From Candidatus Dormiibacterota bacterium (lineage in GTDB: Bacteria; Chloroflexota; Dormibacteria; Aeolococcales; Aeolococcaceae), in assembly GCA_963748505.1 (NCBI GenBank), contig CAVVJH010000010.1, forward strand, positions 24,765-88,764: a stretch of DNA of 64,000 nt, written 5' to 3'. Positions within the stretch are counted from its first letter, which is position 1. The number at the start of each line of letters is the position of its first letter. A program made the translations under genes and the position numbers. The notes beneath the pieces were generated by a model. That model did not search any database and was not told the DNA's origin. It saw nothing but the letters and a program-made list of their open reading frames with translations. Positions 51,300 to 64,000 of this stretch are shown here, one piece after another.

Positions 51300-53311
51300 A
51301 TGAATCCGATGAGTACCCCCATTCCCGATCGGATACTCGGCGACCGGCGGCGGGTGGTGGTCGAGCACGTGCGACCCACCGTCGACGGCGGCGAATTCCC
51401 CGCTAAAGCCACTCGTGGGCTCCCCCTGCGGGTGAGCGCGCGGCTGTTCGCGGACGGTCACGACCCGTTGATTGCGTGGGTATGGCACTGGCCCAGCGGC
51501 CGTTCGCTCGAGCCGGATGCGCCGCCTCCCGGGCTCGTCGAAGTCCCGATGGAGGCGGAGCCGCAGGACTGGTACGGCGCCTGGATCACCCCCAAGAAGG
51601 TTGGACCGGCGAGCTTTACCGTGGTCGCGATCATCGACGTCTGGGGTGGTTGGGCACGCGATCTCATGATTCGTTTCGAAGCCGGAATGGACGTCACCCT
51701 CGACCTTGCCGACGGGCGGCACTGGCCGCAGCGCGAGCTGATCTTCCGGTCGTGACCCGGGCCGACCGCCGGGCCCTGACCGCCCTTGCGACGACGCTCG
51801 GCGCCCCATCCGCACCGGAGAAGCTCGTCGAGCTCGCGACACGCGACTCGACCATGCTGCTGATGCGGCGGACCGCCGACCTGGTCACGCCACCATCGCC
51901 GGATCCTGTCCCTGTGGGTCGACCGCGAGATCGCCGGATTCTCCGCCTGGTACGAGATGTTCCCCAGGTCAGAGGGCGCGGTGCCACCGCGAAGCGGCAC
52001 CTTCCTCAGCGCCCAGGCACGGATTCCGGCAATCGCGGCGATGGGCTTCTCGGTGCTCTACCTCCCGCCCATACATCCCATCGGTGTGACCCACCGCAAG
52101 GGGCCGAACAACGTCGTTGACTGCGGACCCGATGACCCCGGGAGCCCCTGGGCGATCGGAGCCGCCGCCGGGGGGCACACAGCGGTCCATCCCGACCTCG
52201 GGACCATCGCCGGCTTCGACGCCTTTGTCGCGGCGGCAGGCGCTGCCGGGCTCGAGGTCGCCCTGGACTACGCGCTCCAGTGCAGCCCCGATCACCCCTG
52301 GGTCACGGAGCATCCGGAGTGGTTCCGTCACCGCTCGGACGGCTCGATCCGCTACGCAGAGAACCCGCCGAAGCGCTATCAGGACATCTATCCCATCGAC
52401 TTCGACAGTGAGGACGCGCCGCGGCTCTGGGAGGCGCTGCGTGACGTCATGCGTTTCTGGATCGGTCACGGCGTCCGCATCTTCCGGGTGGACAACCCGC
52501 ACACCAAGTCGTTCGCATTCTGGGAATGGCTCATCGGTGAGATGCACCGCGACATCCGGACGTCATCATGCTCGCCGAGGCCTTCGCCCGCCCCTCGGTG
52601 ATGCAGCGCCTCGCCAAGATCGGCTTCTCGCAGTCGTACACGTACTTCACCTGGCGCAACAGCGTCTGGGAGCTCCGCCAGTATCTGACAGAGTTGTCAC
52701 AGACTGAACTGGTCGACTGGTTCCGGCCGAATTTCTGGGTGAACACGCCGGACATCCTGCACGAGGTCCTGCAGCGCGGCGGCCCTCCGGCCTTTCGGAT
52801 GCGGGCGGCGCTCGCCGCCATCACGGGCCCGTCGTGGGGTATGTACAGCGGCTACGAGCTCTTCGAGGGAACGCCTGTCCGCGAGGGCAGCGAGGAATAT
52901 CTCGACTTCGAGAAGTACCAGTTGCGGCCGCGCGACTGGAACCATCCCGGTTCGATCGCGCCGTTGATCACACGCCTCAATGAGATTCGAGTTCGGCACC
53001 GCGACGCGATCGCCCAATTGAGCACACTTCGCCTGCACCACATGACCGACGACTCCATGCTCTGCGTCTCGCGCTCCACGCCCAACAAGGACGACGTGCT
53101 CCTGCTCATCGTCAACCTCGATCCGCATCACCCCCGTGAGGGATCCACGTGGCTCGATCTCGGCGCACTCGGTGTTCCATCAGATCGCCCCTTCGAGGTG
53201 CACGATGAGCTCGGTGGTGCGACCTACACCTGGCAGGGCGCGGTGAATTACGTACGGCTGGATCCCGCAGTGCTGCCGGCACACGTCCTGCACGTGCGGC
53301 CGCGCTCGTGA
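51300..53311 (+). CDS. glgE: Alpha-1,4-glucan:maltose-1-phosphate maltosyltransferase; several frameshifts
   Basis: P.VDGG.FPAK; ADGHD; WYEMFPRS; YLPPIHPIG; QCSPDHPW; [14 protein letters not shown]; FRVDNPHTK; NTPDIL. Confidence 0.93.
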
Positions 53312-54973
53312 TCACGCGCACCAACCCGGTCGAGGATCCGCTCTGGTTCCAGAAGGCGGTGTTCTACGAACTGTCGGTCCGTGCCTTTCACGACGGCAAC
53401 GGCGACGGCATCGGTGATTTCACCGGGCTGATCACGAAGCTGGAATATCTCGAATGGCTCGGGGTTGACTGCATCTGGCTGTTGCCGTTCCAGCAGAGCC
53501 CCTGCGCGATGGCGGCTACGACATCGCCGACTACCGGACGGTGCTCCCCGATTACGGCATGGTGGAAGACGTGGCGTTGCTGGTCGCGGAGGCCCATCGC
53601 CACGGCATCCGGGTGATCATGGATCTGGTCGTCAACCACACGAGCGATCAACACCCGTGGTTCAAGAGCGCCCGCTCGTCACCGGACAGCGAGCATCGCG
53701 ACTGGTACGTGTGGTCGAACACGAAGAACCGGTTCACCGACGCGCGCATCATCTTTCTCGATACCGAGACCTCGAACTGGACCTGGGACGACCAGGCCGG
53801 CGCCTACTTCTTCCACCGTTTCTTCAGCCATCAACCCGACCTCAACTACGACAATCCGCGCGTCCGCGCCGAGATCATCGACGTCGTGCAGGTTCTGGCT
53901 CGCGATGGGCATGGACGGATTCCGTCTCGACGCGGTGCCCTACCTGTTCAAGCGCGAGGGGACCAACTGCGAGAACCTGCCGGAGACACACGCGTTTCTT
54001 GCGGAGCTGCGGGCGATGGTCGACCGCGAGTTTCCCGGCAAGGTGCTGCTCGCCGAAGCGAACCAATGGCCCGAGGACGTCGTCGACTACTTCGGGACGC
54101 CGGAGAAGCCAGAGTGCCACATGTGCTTCAACTTCCCGCTCATGCCGCGCATGTTCATGGGGCTGCGGCGTGAGCAGCGCTATCCGATCACGGAGATCCT
54201 GGAGCGGACGCCGGCATTGCCTCCCAAGAAGTCAGTGGGGCATCTTCCTGCGCAACCACGACGAGCTGACCCTCGAGATGGTGACCGATGAAGAACGTGA
54301 CTACATGTGGGGCGAGTACGCCAAAGATCCTCGCGCCAAGCTCAACCTCGGGATTCGCCGGCGCCTCGCGCCCCTGCTGAACAACGGCCGGCGACAGATC
54401 GAGCTGTTTCACGGGCTCATCCTCTCGTTGCCGGGCAGCCCGATCCTCTACTACGGCGACGAGATCGGCATGGGGGACAACGTGTACCTCGGCGACCGCG
54501 ACGGCGTTCGCACGCCGATGCAGTGGAATGCCGACAGCAACGGCGGTTTCAGCAAGGCCGATTTCGCGCAGCTGTACCTGCCGCCGCTCATGGATCCCGT
54601 CTATGGCTACCAGGCATGCAATGTCGGCGCGCAGCGGCGCAACGAGTTGTCGATCCTGCACTGGGTCCGCAGGTTCATCGCCGTCCGCAAGCGATTTCCG
54701 GTCTTCGGCGAGGGGGCATTCGAAGCGCTCGATGCCGCCAACCCCTCGGTGTTCGCGTTCCTGCGCAGCCTCGACGGACAGGTGGTGCTGTGCGTCAACA
54801 ACCTGTCGCGCTTTGCGCAGCCGGTCGAGCTCGACCTGCGCAAGTACGCCGGCACGACACCCGTGGAGATGCTCGGACGCGTGCACTTTCCTGCCATCGG
54901 CGAGCTTCCGTACCTGCTCACCATGGGCCCGCACGGGTTCTACTGGTTCACGCTCGACCCCCCGGCATCATGA
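53308..54973 (+). CDS. treS: Trehalose synthase (maltose alpha-D-glucosyltransferase); several frameshifts
   Basis: W...[18 protein letters not shown]; [10 protein letters not shown]; [11 protein letters not shown]; FRLDAVPYL; [14 protein letters not shown]; [11 protein letters not shown]. Confidence 0.94.
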
Positions 54974-56486
54974 GCAACCAAACCCCGGGGGTCGACGCGG
55001 TCCTTCGCGAGCACGGGCTCGAGGGATGCGAGACCGCGCTCGGCGCGTACATCGCGCAGCAGCGGTGGGCGGGGGCGCACGGACGCACCATCGACACCGT
55101 CGAGGTCGTCGACATTGCGGTGATCAACTCGGCGGCACCTGTGTTGTTGCATGCGCTCACTGCGGTCACGTACACAGACGGGTTCACGACGCGATATGCG
55201 CTCCCGCTCGGCATCCGCAGCAGCGGCGACGAGATTGCGGAGCGCGCGCCGGACTTTCTCATCCCGATGCCCGACAAGCGTGGGGTCCTGGTGTACGACG
55301 CTGTCGGCGACCCGGACTACATCGAGTGGCTGCTGGCGGCGATTGGTGAACAGCGCGTCCTCCCCACATCCGGCGGCGAGATGCGCTGTTCGTGCCCCGA
55401 TCCCAGCGCGCTGGATCGAGGGTCGGTGTCGTCGGTGCGGCACCTCCGCGTCGAGCAGAGCAACACCTCGGTCGAAGTCGGCGACGCGATCTACCTCAAG
55501 CACCTCCGTCGTGTCGAGCCCGGTCCATCGCATGAACTCGAGATGTCGGACGGCCTCGAGGCAGCCGGATTCACGCACCTGGCACCGATGCTCGGCCGCG
55601 TGGTGTGGGCGGCCCACGACGCCGAGCCGTCGCCACTCGTCCTCGTCCAACCCTTCCTGCACAACAGCACCGACGGCTGGGCGCTCGCGCTCACCTCGCT
55701 GCGCGATCTCTACGCCAACGCCGAGGAAACCGGGCACGTCGATGCGGCCGTCCGACGAGCGCTGGTCGACGATCAGGATGCGGCGTTCCTCTACGAGTCG
55801 ATGCGCCTCGGTAAGGTGGTGGCCGAGATGCACCTCGCGCTCGCGTCAGCCAAGGCGGGCGCTCTGGCAACCGCCCCGCTCACCGAGGAGGCGCTCCGCA
55901 CCTGGGCCAACACCATGACCCTGGAGCTGGATCGGCTGCTGACCCGAACCGATCCCGCACTCGATCCGCTTCGCGACGCTCGTGACGCCATCGCCGCGCG
56001 CATTGATCAGATCCGCGGGATCACACCGAGCGGGTTGCTGACGCGTGTCCACGGCGATCTCCACCTCGGCCAGCTGCTGCGCGTGGACACCGGCTGGGTG
56101 GTGCTCGACTTCGAGGGCGAGCCCGACCGCACGCCGGACGAGCGCCGCGAGCTGAGCACACCGTTGCGCGACGTCGCAGCCATGCTCCGCTCCTTCGACT
56201 ACGCGGCCGCTGCCGCGATCGTCGAGCGGACTGCGCCCGACAGCGAGGACGCGGAGATGCTTCGCGGCTACGGAGAGGCGTGGGCGGATGCCAACCGCGA
56301 CGCCTTCTGGAGCGCGTATCTCGAGGCGGTCGGTTCCAGTCCGATGCTTCCGGCTCCTGGTCCGGCGATCGTGCTTCGCCGCGCCTTCGAAGTCCAGAAG
56401 GCGATGTACGAAGTCAGCTACGAGCTCGGGCATCGACCGTCGTGGGCGCCGATTCCACTGCGGTTCCTGCTCCGCGGCGCCTCGTC

Positions 56487-56490
<4 letters not shown>
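54970..56490 (+). CDS. mak: Maltokinase (Mak/Pep2)
   Basis: QRW; EQSNTS; RVHGDLHLGQ; DFEGEP; PLRDVAAMLRSFDYA; KA.YE..YE; lies between treS and glgB. Confidence 0.88.
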
Positions 56491-58676
<2,186 letters not shown>

Positions 58677-58824
58677 GCATTGCTTAACGGGTACGCAGTG
58701 GTGAGAATGGGGCTATACCTGCGGGCCGAGAGTGGGACGAGCTGCGATGGATCCTTCGAGGAGCCGTCGCGGGCACGTTCCGACGGGCGAGACCGCTTAG
58801 CAGACACGGGGGACACCCACGACC

Positions 58825-59202
58825 ATGAACAGCGAAGAGGCCCGCACCCGGCTGATGACCGAGCGGGCTCGGATCGAGGAGCTTCGCACCGCTGCCAATC
58901 GGCTCACAGCGGACGCGCAGGACGCCACCGAGCGCGAGCTGTCCTCCGCGGAGCAACATCCCGCCGAGCTGGCGAGCGAGACGATCGGACTCGAGCTTGA
59001 CCACAGCGTCGCGCAGCACGCCGACCTCGAGCTTGCCGAGCTGGAAGAGGCGGTCAAGCGCGTTGACAGCGGCAAATACGGAAAGTGCGAAGCCTGCGGT
59101 CAGGAAATCAGCGAAGCCCGGTTGGAAGCCATCCCCACCGCTCGGTTCTGCATCGAGGACCAGGCCAAGCACGACAAGAACGGACGGCGCAACGGGCGCT
59201 GA
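58825..59202 (+). CDS. TraR/DksA C4 zinc-finger protein
   Basis: QHPAE.ASE; YGKCEACG..I..ARLEAIP.ARFC. Confidence 0.88.
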   Translation: MNSEEARTRLMTERARIEELRTAANRLTADAQDATERELSSAEQHPAELASETIGLELDHSVAQHADLELAELEEAVKRVDSGKYGKCEACGQEISEARLEAIPTARFCIEDQAKHDKNGRRNGR

Positions 59203-59210
59203 CCCTCGGC

Positions 59211-60734
59211 TCAGTGGCGGAAGTGGCGCTCCCCGGCGAGGACAACTGCCATGCCGAGCGCGTCCGCGGCAGCGGTGACCTTCGGGTCATTCTTGCTGCC
59301 GCCTGGGTGAATCACCGAGTGCACGCCGGCTTTGCCCAGCGTCTCCAGCCCGTCAGGCATCGGGAAGAACGCGTCCGACGCTGAGGCCGCGCCGGCGCAG
59401 CGATCGCCTGCTCGCGCGACCGCGAGCTCGGACGATTCGACGCGCGACATCTGTCCGGCGCCGACACCGACTGCCATGCCGTCCTTGACGATCACGACGG
59501 CGTTGGACTTCACATGCCTGCACACGCGCCAGGCGATGAGCAGGTCCTGCCATTCGGCTTCGTCAGGCTGGCGCGCACTCGCCACCGTCATGGTCGCCCG
59601 ATCGGTGATCACGCGATCGCGAGTCTGCACGAGCATCCCGCCGTCGATGCTGCGCACGTCGAGCGGCTCGGCACCCGACGGCCGGTCGACCACGAGCACG
59701 CGCAGGCGTTGTTTGGTGGCCAGATGCTCGGCGGCGTCGTCATCGACGGCAGGGCACACGACCGCCTCCAGGAAGGTGCCCGTCAGCTCCTGCGCCGTGG
59801 CCAGATCGATGGGCCGATTGATGCCGACGATGCCGCCGTAGGCGGCTCGCGGATCACACTCGTATGCCCGGCGGTATGCGTCCACGGTGGTTTCGCCGAC
59901 AGCGAAACCGCAGGGGTTGGTGTGCTTGATCACGCAGGCGGCGGGCTCCTCAAAGTCGGCGACGAGCGCGCGTGCGGCGTCGACGTCGAGCCAGTTCGTG
60001 AAGGACAGTGCCGCGCCCTGCAACTGCGTCGCGTGCGCCATTCCGCCGGGGCGGCCCGGGACCGCGTAGAGCGCCCCGCGCTGGTGCGGGTTCTCGCCGT
60101 AGCGCAGCTCGTGCAGACGCGCACCACCGACGGTCAGCTCCGCAGGCAGCGTCTCCGCCGCGCCGTCGCCGCGGAGCCAGGCGGCAACCTGCGTGTCGTA
60201 GGCGGCGACGTGCGCGAACGCCTCCGCCGCCAGCCTGTGCTTGGTCGCCACCGATATCGCGCCGTGCTCACGCAGCTCGGCGAGCACGCCGTCGTACTGC
60301 GCCGGCGAGATGACCACCGCAACCGAGTCGCGGTTCTTGGCCGCGGCGCGGATGATGGTCGGGCCGCCGATGTCTATGTTTTCGACAATCGTGTCCGCAT
60401 CTGCGCCGCTCGCGAGGGTTGCAGCGAACGGGTAGAGCGACGAGACGACCAGATCGATGGGGTCGTACTTGCTCTCCGCCAGCTGTCGCATGTGCTCGGG
60501 AATATCGCGACGGGCGAGGATGCCCGCGTGGATTGCCGGATGCAGCGTCCGTACCCGCCCGTCGAGCATCTCGGGAAACCCGGTGACATCCGCGACCGAC
60601 TGCACTTCGATGCCGGCTTCGGCAAGAGCTTTGCCGGTGCTGCTGGTCGCGATGAGATCGAAGCCGCATTCGATGAGACCGCGCGCGAAGTCCAGGAGAC
60701 CCGTCTTGTCGCTGACCGAGATGATCGCCCGCAT
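59211..60734 (-). CDS. purH: Bifunctional AICAR transformylase/IMP cyclohydrolase
   Basis: ISVSDKTG; TGFPEMLDGRV.TLHP; IDIGGPT; LRYGENPHQ; KHTNPCG; VKSNA; ASDAFFP; RHFRH. Confidence 0.96.
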   Translation of the reverse strand: MRAIISVSDKTGLLDFARGLIECGFDLIATSSTGKALAEAGIEVQSVADVTGFPEMLDGRVRTLHPAIHAGILARRDIPEHMRQLAESKYDPIDLVVSSLYPFAATLASGADADTIVENIDIGGPTIIRAAAKNRDSVAVVISPAQYDGVLAELREHGAISVATKHRLAAEAFAHVAAYDTQVAAWLRGDGAAETLPAELTVGGARLHELRYGENPHQRGALYAVPGRPGGMAHATQLQGAALSFTNWLDVDAARALVADFEEPAACVIKHTNPCGFAVGETTVDAYRRAYECDPRAAYGGIVGINRPIDLATAQELTGTFLEAVVCPAVDDDAAEHLATKQRLRVLVVDRPSGAEPLDVRSIDGGMLVQTRDRVITDRATMTVASARQPDEAEWQDLLIAWRVCRHVKSNAVVIVKDGMAVGVGAGQMSRVESSELAVARAGDRCAGAASASDAFFPMPDGLETLGKAGVHSVIHPGGSKNDPKVTAAADALGMAVVLAGERHFRH

Positions 60735-60736
60735 GC

Positions 60737-61381
60737 TCAGACCGGCGCCGCAGCAGGCGCCGGCAGCACGCGCATCCGGTTGCCGTCGCGGCGCAGCCGT
60801 CCGGTGCACCACAGCGCAACGGCCTGGGGCAACAACTCCCACTCGCACTCGTGGATGCGGGCGCGCAGGGTGTCGACGTCGTCGTCCGGCTCAACCGGCA
60901 CGGCGCCCTGGAGCACGATCGGACCGCCGTCGGCCTCGCCGCGCTCGAGCAGCTGCACGGTGCAGCCGGTCACCCGGACGCCGCGCGCCAGCGCGCGCTC
61001 GACCGCGTCCATGTCCCCGCCAAAGGCGGGCAGCAGCGACGGGTGCACGTTGAGAATGGCGTCCGGATACCCGTCGATGAACTCATCGCTGAGGATGCGG
61101 TCGTAGCCGGCGCACACGATGAGGCGCACACCGGCGGCGCGGAACCGTGCAGCTGCCTCCCGGTCACGGACCGCCGGGTCGCCGCCGAAGTCGGACTGCG
61201 GCAAGGCGACGGCATCGACGCCCCAACGGCGCGCCACCTCGAGCGCGCGGGCACTCCGCTTGTTGGAGACAACCAGCGCGACCTGGGCCGGAAAGTCCGC
61301 CGCACTGCACGCCTGGAGCAGCGCGTCGAGGTTCGTCCCAGCTCCTGAAACCAGCACCCCGACCGGGGTACGTTCGCTCAC
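60737..61381 (-). CDS. purN: Phosphoribosylglycinamide formyltransferase
   Basis: VLVSG.GTNL; AGY.RIL; NVHPSLLPAF.G; TGCTV; D.GPI..Q. Confidence 0.93.
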   Translation of the reverse strand: MSERTPVGVLVSGAGTNLDALLQACSAADFPAQVALVVSNKRSARALEVARRWGVDAVALPQSDFGGDPAVRDREAAARFRAAGVRLIVCAGYDRILSDEFIDGYPDAILNVHPSLLPAFGGDMDAVERALARGVRVTGCTVQLLERGEADGGPIVLQGAVPVEPDDDVDTLRARIHECEWELLPQAVALWCTGRLRRDGNRMRVLPAPAAAPV

Positions 61382-62402
61382 CGGAGGATGACCCGCCGTG
61401 GTCCCGATTGTGCAACCACTTCGCCGATCCGCCAGACCGGGACGCCCGCCACCGAGGTGATCGGCGGTGCGTCGGGGGGAACGACGACGACCATGCCCAC
61501 GCCCATGTTGAAGGTGCGCCACATCTCTTCCAGGTGAATCCCGCCCTCGCGCTGCAGCGCAGCGAAGATCGGCGGAATGTTCCACGTGGAACGCTCGATG
61601 GTCGCGGCCAGCCCTTCGGGAAGCACGCGCGGGCACGTTGTCGATGACGCCGCCGCCGGTGATGTGCGCCATGGCGCGCACCTCGGTCAAGCGCGCGCAT
61701 CTCACGGATGGCGTTGAGGTAGCAGCGGTGGGGCTCGAGCAGCAGATCGACGAGCGGCCTGTCGGTACCGGGGAGCACGTCGCCCCACTGCAGCTCGTGA
61801 TCGGCGACGATGTGGCGGACCAGCGAGTAGCCGTTGGTGTGGAGTCCGCTGCTCGGCATGGCCAGGAGCGTGTCGCCCGCCCTGACCTTGCTCCCGTCGA
61901 TGATCTCGTCCGCCTGGACCGAGCCCACGATGAAGCCGGCGATGTCGTAGTCACCGAGCGCGTACACCCCCGGCATCTCGGCGGTCTCGCCGCCGATGAG
62001 CGCGCAGCCGGCGGCGCGGCACGCCTCGGCGATGCCCTCGATGAGCTCGGCGAGGTGTTCGGGCACGAGCTTGCCGGTGGCGTAGTAGTCGAGGAAGAAG
62101 AGCGGCTCGGCGCCGCAGCAGAGAATGTCGTTGACGCAGTGATTGACCAGGTCGATCCCGATCCCGCGGTGGCGGTTGGCGGCGATGGCGACCTTGACCT
62201 TGGTCCCCACCGAGTCGGTGCTGGAGGCCAGCACACGCCCGTTCGCTGACCCCGGGTCGAGCGCGAAGAGCCCGCTGAAGGCCCCGATCCCGCCCAGCAC
62301 CTGCGGGTTGTGGGTGGACGCGATGGTGCGCCGGATCAGGCTGACGGCACGGTTGCCTTCATCGATGTCGACGCCGGCATCCGCGTATCGAAGATCACCC
62401 AT
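61378..62402 (-). CDS. purM: Phosphoribosylformylglycinamidine cyclo-ligase; frameshifts
   Basis: YADAGVDI; STDSVGTK; GAEPLFFLDY; GGETAEMPG; SSGLHTNGYSL; AHITGGG; TFNMGVG. Confidence 0.95.
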
Positions 62403-62524
62403 CGCAACAAGAGTGTATCGACGGCCGGTTCGGGCTCGCGGAACGGCAACGAGGGTCCGCGCCCGAGGAGATGGGTGTCACCATGTATGGGTCCATCTCA
62501 AGCCCAGGAAATCACACCCAACCC

Positions 62525-64000
62525 TTGAACCCCACCGATACCTCAGATCCGAATTACTTTCATCGGGTCGTGGACTGCCAGTGGGCCTGCCCGGCTCACA
62601 CCAACGTCCCTGAGTACATCCGGCTGATTGCGCAGGGACGGTACACGGACGCGTACATGTCCAATCGTGAGTCGAATGTATTCCCGGGGATCCTGGGGCG
62701 GACCTGCGACCGCCCCTGCGAGCCGGCCTGCCGCCGGACGCGGATCGACGGCGCCCCGGTGGCGATCTGCCGCCTCAAGCGAGTGGCCTCCGATCTCCGG
62801 GGTGACATCTCCGACCGCCTGCCGGTCATCCCGAAGACCAAGAGTGGGCGCCGCGTCCTCTGCGTGGGCGCCGGCCCGGCGTCGCTGACCGTGGCCAACG
62901 ATCTCCTCCCGATCGGCTACGAGGTCGTGATGCTCGAGCAGCACGACAAGCCCGGCGGGCTGATGCGGACCAACATCCCAGCCTTCCGGCTGCCGGCCGA
63001 GATACTCGACGAGGAGATCGCGACGATCGTCGACCTCGGGGTCGACCTGCGCCTCAACACCCCGGTGACCAGCCTCCGCGCCCTGCTGGAGCAGGACTTC
63101 GACGCCATCTTCATCGGGACGCGGCGCGCCGCGCGGCAAGAACCTCGACATCCCCGGACGCTACGACACCGACCGCGTCCACATCGGTATCGACTGGCTC
63201 GAGTCGGTCGCGTTCGGCCACACCGAGACGATCGGTGAAAAGGTGCTGATCATCGGTGTCGGCAACACGGCCATGGACTGCTGCCGTTCCTCGCTCCGCC
63301 TGGGCGGGAAGGACATCAAGGTCATGGCGCGTCGTCCCCGCGGTTTCTTCAAAGCCTCGTCGTGGGAGCTCGAGGATGCCGAGGAGGAGGGTGTCGAGAT
63401 CCTGGTGGATCACGCGCCGACCCGGTTCGTCGTCGAGGACGGGAAGCTCGTCGGCATGGAGTTCGAGCGCCTCGCGTGGGACGAGCAGGCACGGCACTCG
63501 ACGGTGGTCGACACCGTGATCATCCCCTGCGACGACGTCATCCTCGCGATCGGCCAGGAGAATGCCTTCCCCTGGATCGAGCGGGATCTCGGTCTCGACG
63601 TCGGCGAGTGGGATCTGCCCGTGGTCGATCCGGTGACCTTCCAGTCGACGCTTCCCGGCGTCTTTTTCGGTGGCGACTCGGCGTTCGGTCCCAAGAACAT
63701 CATCTGGGCGGTCGAGCACGGCCATCAGGCGGCGATCTCGATCCACAACCACTGCGAGGGCATCGCAGTGACCGATCGACCGGCGCAGGGAATCAACCTG
63801 GTCAGCCAGAAGATGGGGCTCACCGAGTGGAGCTACCACAACGATTACAACCCCTCGGTGCGGCAGCGCATGCAGCACGTGGAGCTGACGCATCGGTTCC
63901 AGAGCATCGGCACCGAGGTGGAGTTGGGGTTCTCGGCGGAGCAGACCGCGCGCGAGGTGCAACGGTGCCTCAACTGCGATATCCAGACCGTCTTCCAGGC
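62525..64000 (+). CDS. FAD-dependent Fe-S oxidoreductase (GltD/SudA-like); 3'-truncated; frameshift near 63125
   Basis: CQWACP; LGRTCDRPCE.ACRR; VGAGPA; IG.GNTAMD; GGD; EVQRCLNC. Confidence 0.88.

Noticed and set aside
60737-62402. PurM-PurN fusion (ORF 60737..62236), and likewise the treS-mak and mak-glgB long ORFs
   Set aside because: These come from frameshifts and overlapping open frames; separate coupled start codons are visible.

Overview
GC-rich bacterial chromosome segment. The gene set suggests a soil Terrabacteria lineage, possibly Ca. Dormibacterota or a related Chloroflexota/Actinomycetota group (inference). Many genes, including purM, acnA, nrdJ, glgE, treS and glgB, carry single-base frameshifts, which points to uncorrected long-read indels rather than real pseudogenes. 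In order, the window holds: the end of nrdJ; a less GC-biased block of stress, membrane and secreted genes (~0.7-10.5 kb) with an Nramp transporter; a GT39 glycosyltransferase; queC; a cupin/ABM/SARP-AAA regulator/methyltransferase/phosphotransferase/SnoaL cluster; corA, mscS and rplY; a B12-binding domain gene; a divergent CobB-like gene followed by an AAA ATPase and a VWA gene; recJ, lemA, acnA, a cfa-like gene and ccdA/dipZ; glgE-treS-mak-glgB; a DksA/TraR gene; purMNH; and a GltD-like flavoprotein. I saw no tRNA, rRNA, CRISPR array or transposase. The most unusual signal is in the VWA gene (35.1-37.3 kb). A low-complexity in-frame stretch there contains a UGA followed by an 18-bp GC hairpin, and on one side of the hairpin only, the coding strand shows a strong synonymous C-to-T shift that fades with distance. 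A shared 11-bp-periodic TGCAA direct repeat also suggests a small regulon for the SARP-type regulator.
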